The notes under the pieces: model-generated | Databases searched by the model: none | The model's input: the letters and a program-made list of their open reading frames with translations, nothing else | Told to the model about the DNA's origin: nothing | Position numbers and translations under genes: made by a program | Assembly: GCA_951406725.2 (NCBI GenBank) | Contig: OX597818.1 | Coordinates: forward strand, 11,532,001-11,596,000 | From: Octopus vulgaris | Lineage: Eukaryota | Reading direction: 5' to 3' | DNA length: 64,000 bases | Shown here: piece after piece, positions 53,214 through 64,000 of the stretch | Numbering within the stretch: position 1 is the first letter of the stretch | Layout: the number at the start of each line of letters is the position of its first letter

Positions 53214-54586
53214 TGGCTAAAGCGTTGCTGCCGCCTCCGCTGTGGCCAATGTGCTCCTGTTATTACTCTAGTTGTTAGGGCTGGATACCACCACAGCCTC
53301 AAATATGACCCCCTCAGCCTCACATTGCTTCCCCGCCCCAATGGGAAGTCATTGTATTCCCTGCATGAGCAACCTGCCTCTGCTTGCGTGGATGCTCACC
53401 AATATTCTTTTCCTGTTGGGCGTGCAACTAAAGAGCCTAGGTTGCACGTATTGAACAAATGCCCGTACCAGTGTGTCTGCATGAATGGACAAGTACTTCA
53501 CGCATTTGATAAGTGTTTCTAATAAGGGGGGGGGGAACCAGGAAGTTAAGGGGAAAGGAACAATAGATTAAACCAGCCACCAGTACTTGACTGGTGCTTT
53601 ATTTTATTAACCTCAAAAAGACGAAGTTGACATAGGTGGAATTTTAACTCAGAACGTAAAGGGCACTGTATCCGACTGCCCTAATATTGGTTTCAAATTT
53701 TGGAAGAAGGAAGATAAGTTGATTACATCGATCCCAGTGCTCAACTGATACTCATTTTATCGACTCCAAAAAGATGAAAGGCAACGTCGACCTCTGTGGA
53801 ATTTGAACTCGGAACGTAAAGACCGACACATTTTGTCCGACGTGCTAACGATTCCGCCAGCTCGCCGCCTTATCCGACTGAACCTAACATTAATTATGTA
53901 GAATTTGACACTAAATAACATAGATAATACAAAACATTAAACTATATTAACATACCTCTGTATCGAATCAATTAACATCATAAATCAAAGAAATGTGTTT
54001 GAGGTGCATTACCAAAAGTATTGTTATTTGGTTAGAGATTAGTGAATTTTATGTGTTAATCACCACACCCTTCTAGGTTCAGTTTGTTTCTCTGTTTTAT
54101 TAGTCTCTATTTACATGGCTCAAACCAACTCCGATTATATTCAAACTAGAGTATTTAAGGAAAATGGTCCAACCTCTACAATAACCTTGAGTAATTTGAT
54201 AGCATTAACTACGTCGTACCAACTGGCACTTTTGGAAAATGATTAAACTTCAAAATCCATATACACATTAATGAGTATCTTGTGAGTTGACATTCAATAT
54301 CCGCATTCTTTATTTTCTAATCAGATGGTGTCAGTGTAGTCAGGTGTTCTAAACACTTTAAAATCTTTCTTCAATTTTTAAAAAACTTTTTATGTATATA
54401 GTCCAGGACCTGAAATATTTTCTACTTCTTCCAATTGATCTAAATTTCAAAAATACTTTAAATCTGTAGGAGCCAATGTGGATTTAAATAAATCTATTTT
54501 GACTTGGGAAGCCTATTAAACTTGTTCGAACATGAATAGTAGTGACATCTTTTTTTTCTAACAAACGCTTTTGCTCTTCATTATAG

Positions 54587-54651
54587 CTCGAGTCTAGGTC
54601 TGACGAACGCTTGTTATGCTTTTCAATTCGGCATGAAACGTCACAGCTGAG
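54587..54651 (+). ncRNA. Candidate minimal hammerhead motif
   Basis: CUGACGA at 54600-06 and GAAACGUC at 54635-42. Stems I and II are imperfect. Confidence 0.4.
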
Positions 54652-55329
54652 TCATGCAAGTCAAGTTTTTGTAATGTATTACCTCTTCAGAACTAACTTA
54701 CCTCAACAAGAGATTAAAAGGTTCATCAACATTACAAACAGTCGTGGATTGCAAGGATGTGCTTTGATTTTATTGAATAAGCTAATACGCACTTCTAACG
54801 CACAGTTTACCATTTAGTTTCTCGGATATAAGCTGGTGTATGTATAATATACAACAAACAATATATAAATATATCAGGGACCTTTACCTTGAGTATGATA
54901 GCAAATCCTTTAAAACGATAGCAACTATTGTATTATTTCAGGAGAATCATTATTTCTTCAAATATTCAAACATCGAAAATTTGTGTCAATTTTTTTCTAC
55001 GCCTTTAAGGAGTTTGGCAAATGAAAAATCTGATTTTATATTGCCTACAAGGGCTCAACAAAGATGGGGACAGCACAATCTGATTTGGGGTCAGAAGAAC
55101 GAATGAATTTTAACATACATATGAATTTTAGAATTTATCAAAATATAATGAAATCGAATGATAGGACAGATCGGAAGACATAACAGATGGGGCGGGTTTA
55201 ATTCGGACCCCACGAGCCCCGCCCCACCACTGATGCCTGGGACACGTCCTGCGTCGCATTCATGTGGTTACATTCATGCTCAGCATTCGTGCAACATTCT
55301 TCCATCGATTTTCGAACATTCTCACAGAC

Positions 55330-56390
55330 AGGCATCTCCTTTCTAGCCCTATTTTCTTTTAAAGGTGGAAGGTGAAGTAATTCACCAATGCAGGGCCTGA
55401 GATGAAGATGCCTGACTTTAAGCCTTTCAATCTCGTCTTCCAAATCAGCTTTCTCGCAATTGCTACTACAACGAGAAAACTAATCTTAGCTTCTTTTGAT
55501 AGGAAATCCGGTGGGTCGATTTTTACAATAGACTCAGTCGATTGCCGTTCTCTTTCTGTACTTGACAACAGTTATTCCACACAAACCCACACATCTGGCA
55601 CTGAATAATAGCATGCCGGACGGTTTCCCTATCCTGCCCACATCTTGGACAGGTTGACTGGTCGAGGCTGCCATACCTTGTGAGCTTGTCCCGAACAGTT
55701 AAGGCTCCTCGGTAACATTGCCCTGCTAATGACTTCTGAAAGTTATCCAGGGTCTTTGGCCTGAATGTACGTTGGAACAAACTGGCCAGCTGATTATCGT
55801 CGAGACCTTGGGTCTCACTTAAGGTTATCCGCACATTCCGCCTCTATAGAAAAATGCGGTTGAACCACTACTACAGGCATTGCTCGAACGGCGGAATAGC
55901 AGGAACCATGTTCCCAGCTTCGATTTACGATAGAACCAGGTTTCCCATCCACCGAAACTCAACCTCAGCGCATGTCTGCCCATCAACATCCAAGGCATCC
56001 CTAGTCCACTCGTTAACGGTTGTTGGTAGCAAACAGAACGTTTCACAAGCGGAAGAGCTGTCTTTCCGGCTTGATTAACCACGAATCAAGGCAAGGAACG
56101 ACAGTTAAGCGGTAGGTGATGACCGATGCGATGAACATATTGGCTACCTCCGCCTTCCTTTTCAGGGACAGCCACTGCGAAGTCCAGGTCTTGACTATGT
56201 GGGTTACTCTGCTCGATACCTCAGCCCAATTCTTCTCTATTTGGAGGTCCAAACCAAACCAAACCAAACCTCTAGCAACTTAATCGGACCCTCCGTCCAA
56301 CGTCCCACGACGCTGCCAGGAGGCATCGACTTGCCTCTCCCGGTGCCGAGCTGCAAGCCGACTGACTTTTCCCGATTAATCTTTGCTACT
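55330..56390 (-). mobile_element. L1/Tx1-clade LINE ORF2 fragment
   Basis: W...WLSLKRKAEVANMFIAS, SGLGMP, and zf-RVT CPRCGQDRETVRHAIIQC, with frameshifts. Confidence 0.85.
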
Positions 56391-58214
56391 GGCAAATAGA
56401 AACTCAATAGTAATGCACTTTAAGTTTGGATTATGATACCTTATACAAGTAACAAACATATTGAACTGTTGATAGTAGATTCATCGTGTTGCATGGAAAA
56501 CAGAAAATGCGGAAGATCAAATATCAAGACTTTTTCCATATCTTCGACGACATTGCATTGTATTCGCATTCAACAGCATGCATTTTAGAAGAGGTAGGGA
56601 GTCTTCCTACGTTATGATTTTAACCACACCTGCAATTACTGGAGTTATGATCTCTTCACCAACAGTATCCGATTTTTTTTCTCCGCTATATCGAGAGGGG
56701 TGCTGTATGATGTGTTCAACCCCCTTTCATTATCGACACTGGCAGATGCATTAAATGAAATAATGTCATAAAAATATAGAAACAACGAGAGACGCGAAAT
56801 AAATTGCTTTTAACGGGAGAACTCGAAATAGATAAGCTATAAATAGTGTGTAAATAGTACATTAAAAACCCTTGGATAGAAAAAAAAATCGAAGGCTACT
56901 GGTGGAACTGGGACCTACATATTATGTAAACACGAAATATATGTGTTCGAGTTCCATTGGCAGCTTTCAACTTTGCCCATCAAAAAGTTTTATAACCCAA
57001 TGTTTACTCATGTGAATATTATCCGCATTTCATTTTAGTATTTGTTATCTGACAAGCCCGCGATAGTTCTGGGCGTAATTTATTCACTGGTTGTCCCTAA
57101 ACTATTTGGGTCCACCAATGACAGAACAAGCACAGAAAATAATGCAGCCAGAGTACTCTAGCCTTATCACAAGCCATATTTGAAAGTGAAGCTAAGGCCA
57201 CGAAAAAAGGAAAAAGAAAGAATGAAAATGAATTCTATAATGCTTTAAAGGTACAGCTAATTTGTTTAGCGAGTATTAGTGGTGGTGATGATGATGTTTA
57301 TATTGAAACGTCAGAGGGTAGAAATGCAAAGAGAGGGAGAGAGAGAAAATTCTAACTGAGTTAGAATGGGAATTAATTAAACATATTTAAAGTATTTTTG
57401 AAGCGTATCATAGTATATAAACTAAAAATGCTGTACATATATACACACACATACATCGTGGCACTCCGTCGGTTACGACGACAAGGGTTCTAATTGATCC
57501 GATCAACGGAACAGCCTGCTCGTGAAATTAACGTGCAAGTGGCTGAGCACTCCACAGACACGTGTACTCTTAACGAAGTTCTCGGGGGAGATTAAGCGAG
57601 ACACACTGGTGGTAGGGTAATATGCTTTTTAAATAAAGTATATATAAATATATACCACGAGCTTCTTTCAGTTTCCGACTACCAAATCCACTCACGAGGC
57701 TTTGGTCGGCTCGAGGCTAAAGTAGAATACACTTGCCCAAGGACTGAACCTGGAACCATGTGGTTGGGAAGCAAGCTTCTTACCACACAGCCACGCCACT
57801 TTCTTTTTGTAAATTTTACAATGCTGTTTTCTTTCAATCCAAAATTACTTTCTGTGTATTTAGCATCTAATAAAGTCGTATTCATTATATTGAATTTCTA
57901 CTTCTTATTCGCCATAACCTCTTTATTTATGTTAAGAAGCTCATTAAAAAAAAAGCCCCCCAAAGCAACAGAAAATCTACGATAACGGAACGAGAAATTG
58001 GGATGTTTACTGCAAAAATGCATTGCACAAGATAGAATGACCAGATGCAAACCAATGATTCTTCAGCTAATTGGTTCTGTGATAATCTACTCTATTCAGA
58101 CTTGGATATTTGTAACTCGGGATTGATATCAAATGAACAGAGGAGAATATTACGAACTAGAGAGAAAGTTTAAAAGACTAAGGCAAAGGAATACCAGGGC
58201 CAATATAATGGACT

Positions 58215-58268
58215 TCCGATCTGTGCCAACAACCAATGGACTATCATTGGTTGTTGGCACAGATCGGA
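58215..58268. repeat. Perfect 24-bp hairpin with 6-nt loop
   Basis: TCCGATCTGTGCCAACAACCAATG gactat CATTGGTTGTTGGCACAGATCGGA. Confidence 0.95.
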
Positions 58269-61200
58269 GTAAAATTTTACTCATAATGAGAATGAAAAAG
58301 TGATTAACGATTAATTCGAGTCAACAAAACAAGGGAGGCAATCCCTAAAATCTATTTAAAAAAATCAAAACGTTTCGGTATTATCAGATCTTATCAGCAG
58401 AGCTCAGCCCAACCGTTACTACTAGATCATTCATTAGGTGGGGGATAGAATAAAAATTCATTTCTGTTCATGGCAGATTCGGGAAAATTAAGCTTTCAGC
58501 TCAGCTCTGACTGAACATAACTATGATAAAAAAACGCTCCATCCATGGTCCTCCAATCCTTTTCTCGAGCTTTGCTTAATTACCCAATATGTCACTTATG
58601 GTGTTTAGGTGTAACTTGGAGGATATTTAGTTGTTATTTCTACAAGATGAGCGACCATTTAGACACTTCCCATGGCTTGTCCTATCATTACCACGACTTG
58701 TTTCGAAAATGAATATATTTAACATCGATTAAAGATCGAGCCAGCCTTGAGGGTGGCCCAATGGAAGAGTCGTTAATGTAGTATTTGCTTTGACACTTAA
58801 CGTGCTGGGTTTAAATCCTCTTGAGATCAGCGTTTCTCTTCATCCTTCACGAGTCGATAAAATAGAGTATCATTCAAGTCCCGGAGTCAATATAATCGAT
58901 TGGCGATCTATGTCATCATGCAATGGGCTGTTTGAATCCCTGCCCAACCGTGGGGTTTCAGCGAACAAGGGAAGTAAACACAATAGTTGGAGTACATTGC
59001 CATCGCTGTCATTTCATGAATTCATCTTTCTGTAACATCCTATATTACTGCGAACGTACGCACACAATCCGTGAATGTGTGTAGGATTCTTAAAAAAAAG
59101 CCCCCTTATCCCAAGAAAAAACTTCACAGCCCTCTTGAATTGTGAAGGGACCAGTGATACCCGAAAGAAGAGCCTGCAGATAGATCCAGTGCCGATGTAG
59201 TATGTGATCTATATAAATTTACACATGTTTCTGGTATAGCTTGTGATCTACATTAGTTAAAATGGTATAGTTTGTGATCTGCACAGACTTTCAATCTCAT
59301 TTAGATTTCATTTGTTGGAAGATTTTAAGATCAAAGAAGCAAAATCTTTTTATTGCATTTTTAAATGATATCCGTGTTGTATACAAATAGTCACAGTATT
59401 CGTGTTTCTAGTATGAAATAAAAATCTTTCTTTTTCTTTTATTTTTAAAATGTTTAACTCACGCCTCTAATTATAATTGCAAATTTATAACAAAATTTTG
59501 AATGTAAATCACAAGCTAGTCTAGATTTAAGTTGCTGTAGATCACAATGGCATGTAGATAACATTCTGAACCGGTACCGAATTTTCTTTATATAGAACAG
59601 TTAAATTAAGGTGGTGAGCTGGCAGAATAGTTAGCGCACCGGAAAAGAAATGCTAAGTGGTATTTCTACTGACTTTATGTTTGAGTTCAAACGCCGCAGG
59701 AGTCGGCTTTTCCTTTCATCCTTTCGGGGTTGATAAAATAAGTACCAGTTGAACATTGGCATCGATGTAACCGACTTACTCCTCCCTCGAAATTGCTGGC
59801 CTTGTACCGAATTTTGAAACCCATTTAGGATAAACTATTTAGGTCAGTTGTAGTAATAAATATATGCAAAACGCTTTTATAAGTCGTAGTTCCTTGCTCT
59901 GTGTCTTTTGCCAGTCATTGTGATGATCATGGTTGTGGCCGTTCTGCTTTCAATTTATGTTAAAGCGTGTGGTTTATTAATCATTTCTTGCAATATCATA
60001 GTGGTAAGATCAGAAAGACTGCACCAACTGCTGTACAGATAGGTATGACACATGAGATTATACGTCATTCGTTTTCTCAAAGGAATTAACAATATAGGTT
60101 AAATAAACTACTTCAGTTGAGAATTTTAACCAGATTGGAGTCGTTTGTCGGAAAGTTTGATTGAATAAGAGGTGTATACTGAAGTGTGGTCGATGGAGTT
60201 TAGTTGTGCCAACAATAGTGAAGAATGTACCAATTACGGTTATATTAGTACAAACAGATGTTACAGAAACAAAAACGATAAAACAAACACAGATTACAGT
60301 CTGAAGAGGAAAGAGCGAGTACAATTAACATGCATTAGTTAAACCTATATCTTTAACTGGTCATCGACGTGTGTTAACATATGTAACCAAGACAAACAGA
60401 ATCAGTTGGATAAATCATAACAGGAATAAGAACACTTGGATTTTGAAGTTTCATAATGATACACGATTAAATTATACGAAATGACAATGTTTATCGAAAT
60501 GGTTTTCATTTCTTTTAAAAAATTAAAAACCAGTAATGTACTAGATTTTCTTGCAGCACTTGATATACCTCAAAGACCATGGGTAGACGATCTAGTTAAA
60601 CAAATTCGAACCTAAATAGGAGAGAAAGGTACAATCAAAGGAAAAGGAAACATTGTGTCCATCAATATATATTGAGACAGTTTAATTGACTGCGATAAAG
60701 AGATTTAGTTTTATCCTTTTATGTTCTAGGTTCTAATCATGCAGAAGTTGAACTGAGTTTTCTTCTGATTGACAAAATAAATATTAGTTACATACGGTCC
60801 GATTTCATCAACATATCTTCCCTGTAAGGTTGTTGCTTTGCGATTTGGTTAAATATTAGTACTTGCTTCTTTAATTCGCAATGTCTTCATAAAACCTAGA
60901 CTTTAGGATAAATGAATTTTTGTATCAGGAGTAAATATCAAATCAATTGTAAATTAAATTATATAAGTTAAAATGTATAAATTTAAATCGACGAAAACAA
61001 AACACTCCATCCTCTAATATACAGAGTTGAATAAGAAATGCAATAAACACGTCCAAATATTTTCCCATTTACGAATTTTATATTTGACTTCAGTATTTTC
61101 AAGTGTAGCAAGTACTGGATGCTGTAACGTTGTTTCAATCCCCGGTGGAAGCTACTGCACCTCACATTAAAGTATATACACGGAAGGAGTAGGACTAAAC

Positions 61201-64000
61201 ATATTTCCTCTTTCTTCTCACAAAAGACAATGTTGGTGGGTTTCTCGTCAAAAGAAATGCATTCCTAGCGAGTTTTAAAAACTCTTTAAAACAAGGTTAA
61301 ACAAATGTTCAGTTTTGTGAAGTTACATTCATAAATACTCATTTTGTCAGTCGTCATCATCTGTTAAATGTTATTACTTATGCTTAAAATAAATATGGAG
61401 TCAAGATTCGAAATTGCTACTGGGCAATTTCAAAAAAAAAAAGTTAAGAAAATAAAAAATGTCTCAATGTCATCACTTGCACAACTGCAAGAGTTGTCTC
61501 ATTATTATAGAAATGATATTAATTTACAAACTTTAGTCTCTGTCAGGTGCGAAAAAAATAAATACATGCTCAAAGAAAACTCAGCAATTCGATTGATGAG
61601 ACAGTCATTGGCGAGTGAGGTATCCAACCTGTAAAGTAGGAGGTTTAAATGACATGTCAGACCACGTGGAATATTGTGACAGCGACTGTCCGAAAGAAGC
61701 TGGAAATTCTACCGAAGGGTAGGTGTGTCAGATACGTAAACAGTATTTTTGGTATCTCTGAAGCCAACCAGGATTCTTGCACGTAATCACTTCATCTGTT
61801 AAGTAATAAAGCCACATTTTTTTCAAATCATATCTTATTGTCATAGCTGGATTGGAGATGAATTGTCTCAATATATTTTGCCGTGTGTATACGTCAGCTT
61901 TGATTTGATAAAGACGAGATTTTAAAAGTTTTATTTCCGACTTGGAAGGCTTTGAAAATTACTTTCACCACTTTAATCCTTGTCATTTTTAATCAAATAT
62001 TATGTAATGTTTATAGATGCCCAGTGGTCGATCGACACTGCTCTCATATAAATCTGAAGCGTAACTACACTTAGAATAACAATTACTTGTATCAAGAATT
62101 AACATATAGTATTGTCAGGCATATAGCCTTCATTGATTGCATTCCTAAATATTAAGTCTATTAACACTATTGCAACTGATCTTTTCTAAATAACGTTAAC
62201 CATTTAATAATCTCTTCTAAACTGAAAGGCCTCCCCCCACCCGACATTTTGACATTTAATACGGAAAACCTTCTAATCTGTTATCTTGTTTATATCGAGC
62301 CTTCTCTGGTCGACAGGGAAAGTAAGTGCCTGGTTCAATCTGAAGAATATGGTACCAGATTTAATATTCGTGAGTATACAAATATTTTTGTTTTTTTACA
62401 TGGGCACAAACTTATAAGGAGTTTGGGTTCAACACTTTGTCGCATGTAAGTGAAATGAGTTCGCTTCAATAAACTAAATATCCAGGTTTTGATTCCCCAA
62501 GCAATCTATACTCAATAAGGTACATATGTCAGTAATTTCAAACAATACTGAGCTCTACACTATATGACATACGTTACAGTTTGAAAACTTTCACACTCCG
62601 CACTACCTTCAAACTCTTCCAACTAAAATTTAAATATTGGATTCGTATTCTGTTAAAACTTAAAATACTGTTAAATTCTAAGAAACGCTTCGTTTCCAAA
62701 TGATGAGGGTTCTAGTCCGGTTCGAAATTTTTCTTTAACACTTTTGTCTTAAACCTGGCCCAGTAGGTATTTTAAAGTTTTACATCTGGTAGTCGATTTA
62801 GATATCGGAGCTAATACTTTACACACGAATTATAGTATAAGGCTTACAATTTCACAATTATTAGCCATGTAATAAATGTAGCTTATAGGGAACTGTTGAC
62901 AGCAATGTTGTTTGTAAAACGATTATTATCAATGATTTCGTTTTTATTTAGATACAACCAATTCTCATCAACTTTGAACTGATACTTCTACAATATCGAC
63001 TAACTTATACATTGTCATTACCTTCAACAGAAACTCAGGCGGTGTCCGAAGTTGCTATCCCGATGTTTCCCAGAAACCCGAAATGGGTAGAATTCTCTCC
63101 ACCGGTACGCCTTCATGTTAAATATGATATCGACGACAAGGACCCTCTTCGAGCTTTGCTAGCAAAACTGCCAGATTATAGCGATTCGCAGCTAACTATT
63201 TCTCAATGTATACATATTGTTGGTCAAAGAAAGGGAAAATAGATCAGATTTATCATTTGGAAGTCTTTTTTTTTAAAAGATTGATATATATATATATATA
63301 TTAAAAAAAAAATTAGAATTCTTCTAAATGTCGTTTAGACACTCAAACGTTAATGATTTAAGATGTTAATCTGTATTTTGTCATTTTCATGATGTTGTTC
63401 ACTATGGAATCTTGAATCTTAATTTTATTGAAAGGTTATTTTTCAAAAAGTTGCTGAAATAAAACTTGGAAAAAGATAAACGACAGAATTATTAGAGCGT
63501 TGGACTAAATGCCTTGCGTTCTTTAGTAGTTACATCACTTAATGTTTCGAGTTCAAATCCTGCCAAAGTCAATTTTACTTTTCCTCTTTCGAAGGCCTAT
63601 AAAATATGCACGTCGGTATAATTAAGTGTCCGAAGCATGATTGTAGTCCAATGAATGTAACCAGTAAACGATCATTGGGCACACGATGTCATCACTGTAA
63701 CAGTTCAATGCCGAACCCTAAATTTGAAAACTTATTCTATCGGGACCCAGCTACATCGAAATTTTCTACAATATTTTTCTCTTGATTATGAAAATTGAAT
63801 TACTGATAAAACAAATTTACACATATTTTATTTAGTTAATACTGACTTGGTATGCGTAGCATGTTTGACTTAGCAATTTAAAGATAATCACAGACACCTG
63901 ATACTCAGTATGTGGTTATTTCTGACGTCTTTCTTTCTCAAATACTAACTCGAGATCCATGCATTGTTGTTTAGTCTCAGGTCAACCATTATTGTGTAGG

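Noticed and set aside
58368-58400. Minus-strand hammerhead-like CTGATAA...CCGAAACGTT
   Set aside because: G8 is missing and stem II does not pair.
61654-61720. Possible exon MSDHVEYCDSDCPKEAGNSTE ending at gtaggt
   Set aside because: No homology recognised, and its phase does not link to the 63031 candidate.
416-63242. Most ORFs in the supplied track (YIYI, HTHT, CVCV and SINE-derived peptides)
   Set aside because: They are translations of microsatellites and repeats. Only those overlapping VPS36 exons or transposon ORFs carry real coding signal.

Overview
AT-rich, repeat-dense animal genomic DNA. The SINE, LINE and microsatellite content looks like Octopus (inferred from recognising the repeats, not from a search). 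The main feature is a complete 13-exon VPS36/EAP45 gene (ESCRT-II) on the + strand, ATG 17181 to TGA 50991 (1155 nt CDS, 384 aa). Its first intron starts with a GC donor. A probable first exon of a divergent minus-strand gene lies at about 9.0 kb. The rest is mostly transposon debris: several SINE families, CR1/RTE/Tx1 LINE fragments, a full-length decayed Tc1, a hAT remnant, and piggyBac/hAT/mariner MITEs. The most interesting unannotated signal is a set of type I hammerhead-ribozyme motifs, found by eye. One sits in the 3' end of a Penelope-like retroelement next to its GIY-YIG C-terminus. Several others lie in fold-back elements next to (TA)n, with covarying stem II and palindromic, probably dimer-forming stem III. 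A CpG-decay footprint in the repeats outlines the gene bodies. All structures were folded by hand and none is experimentally confirmed.
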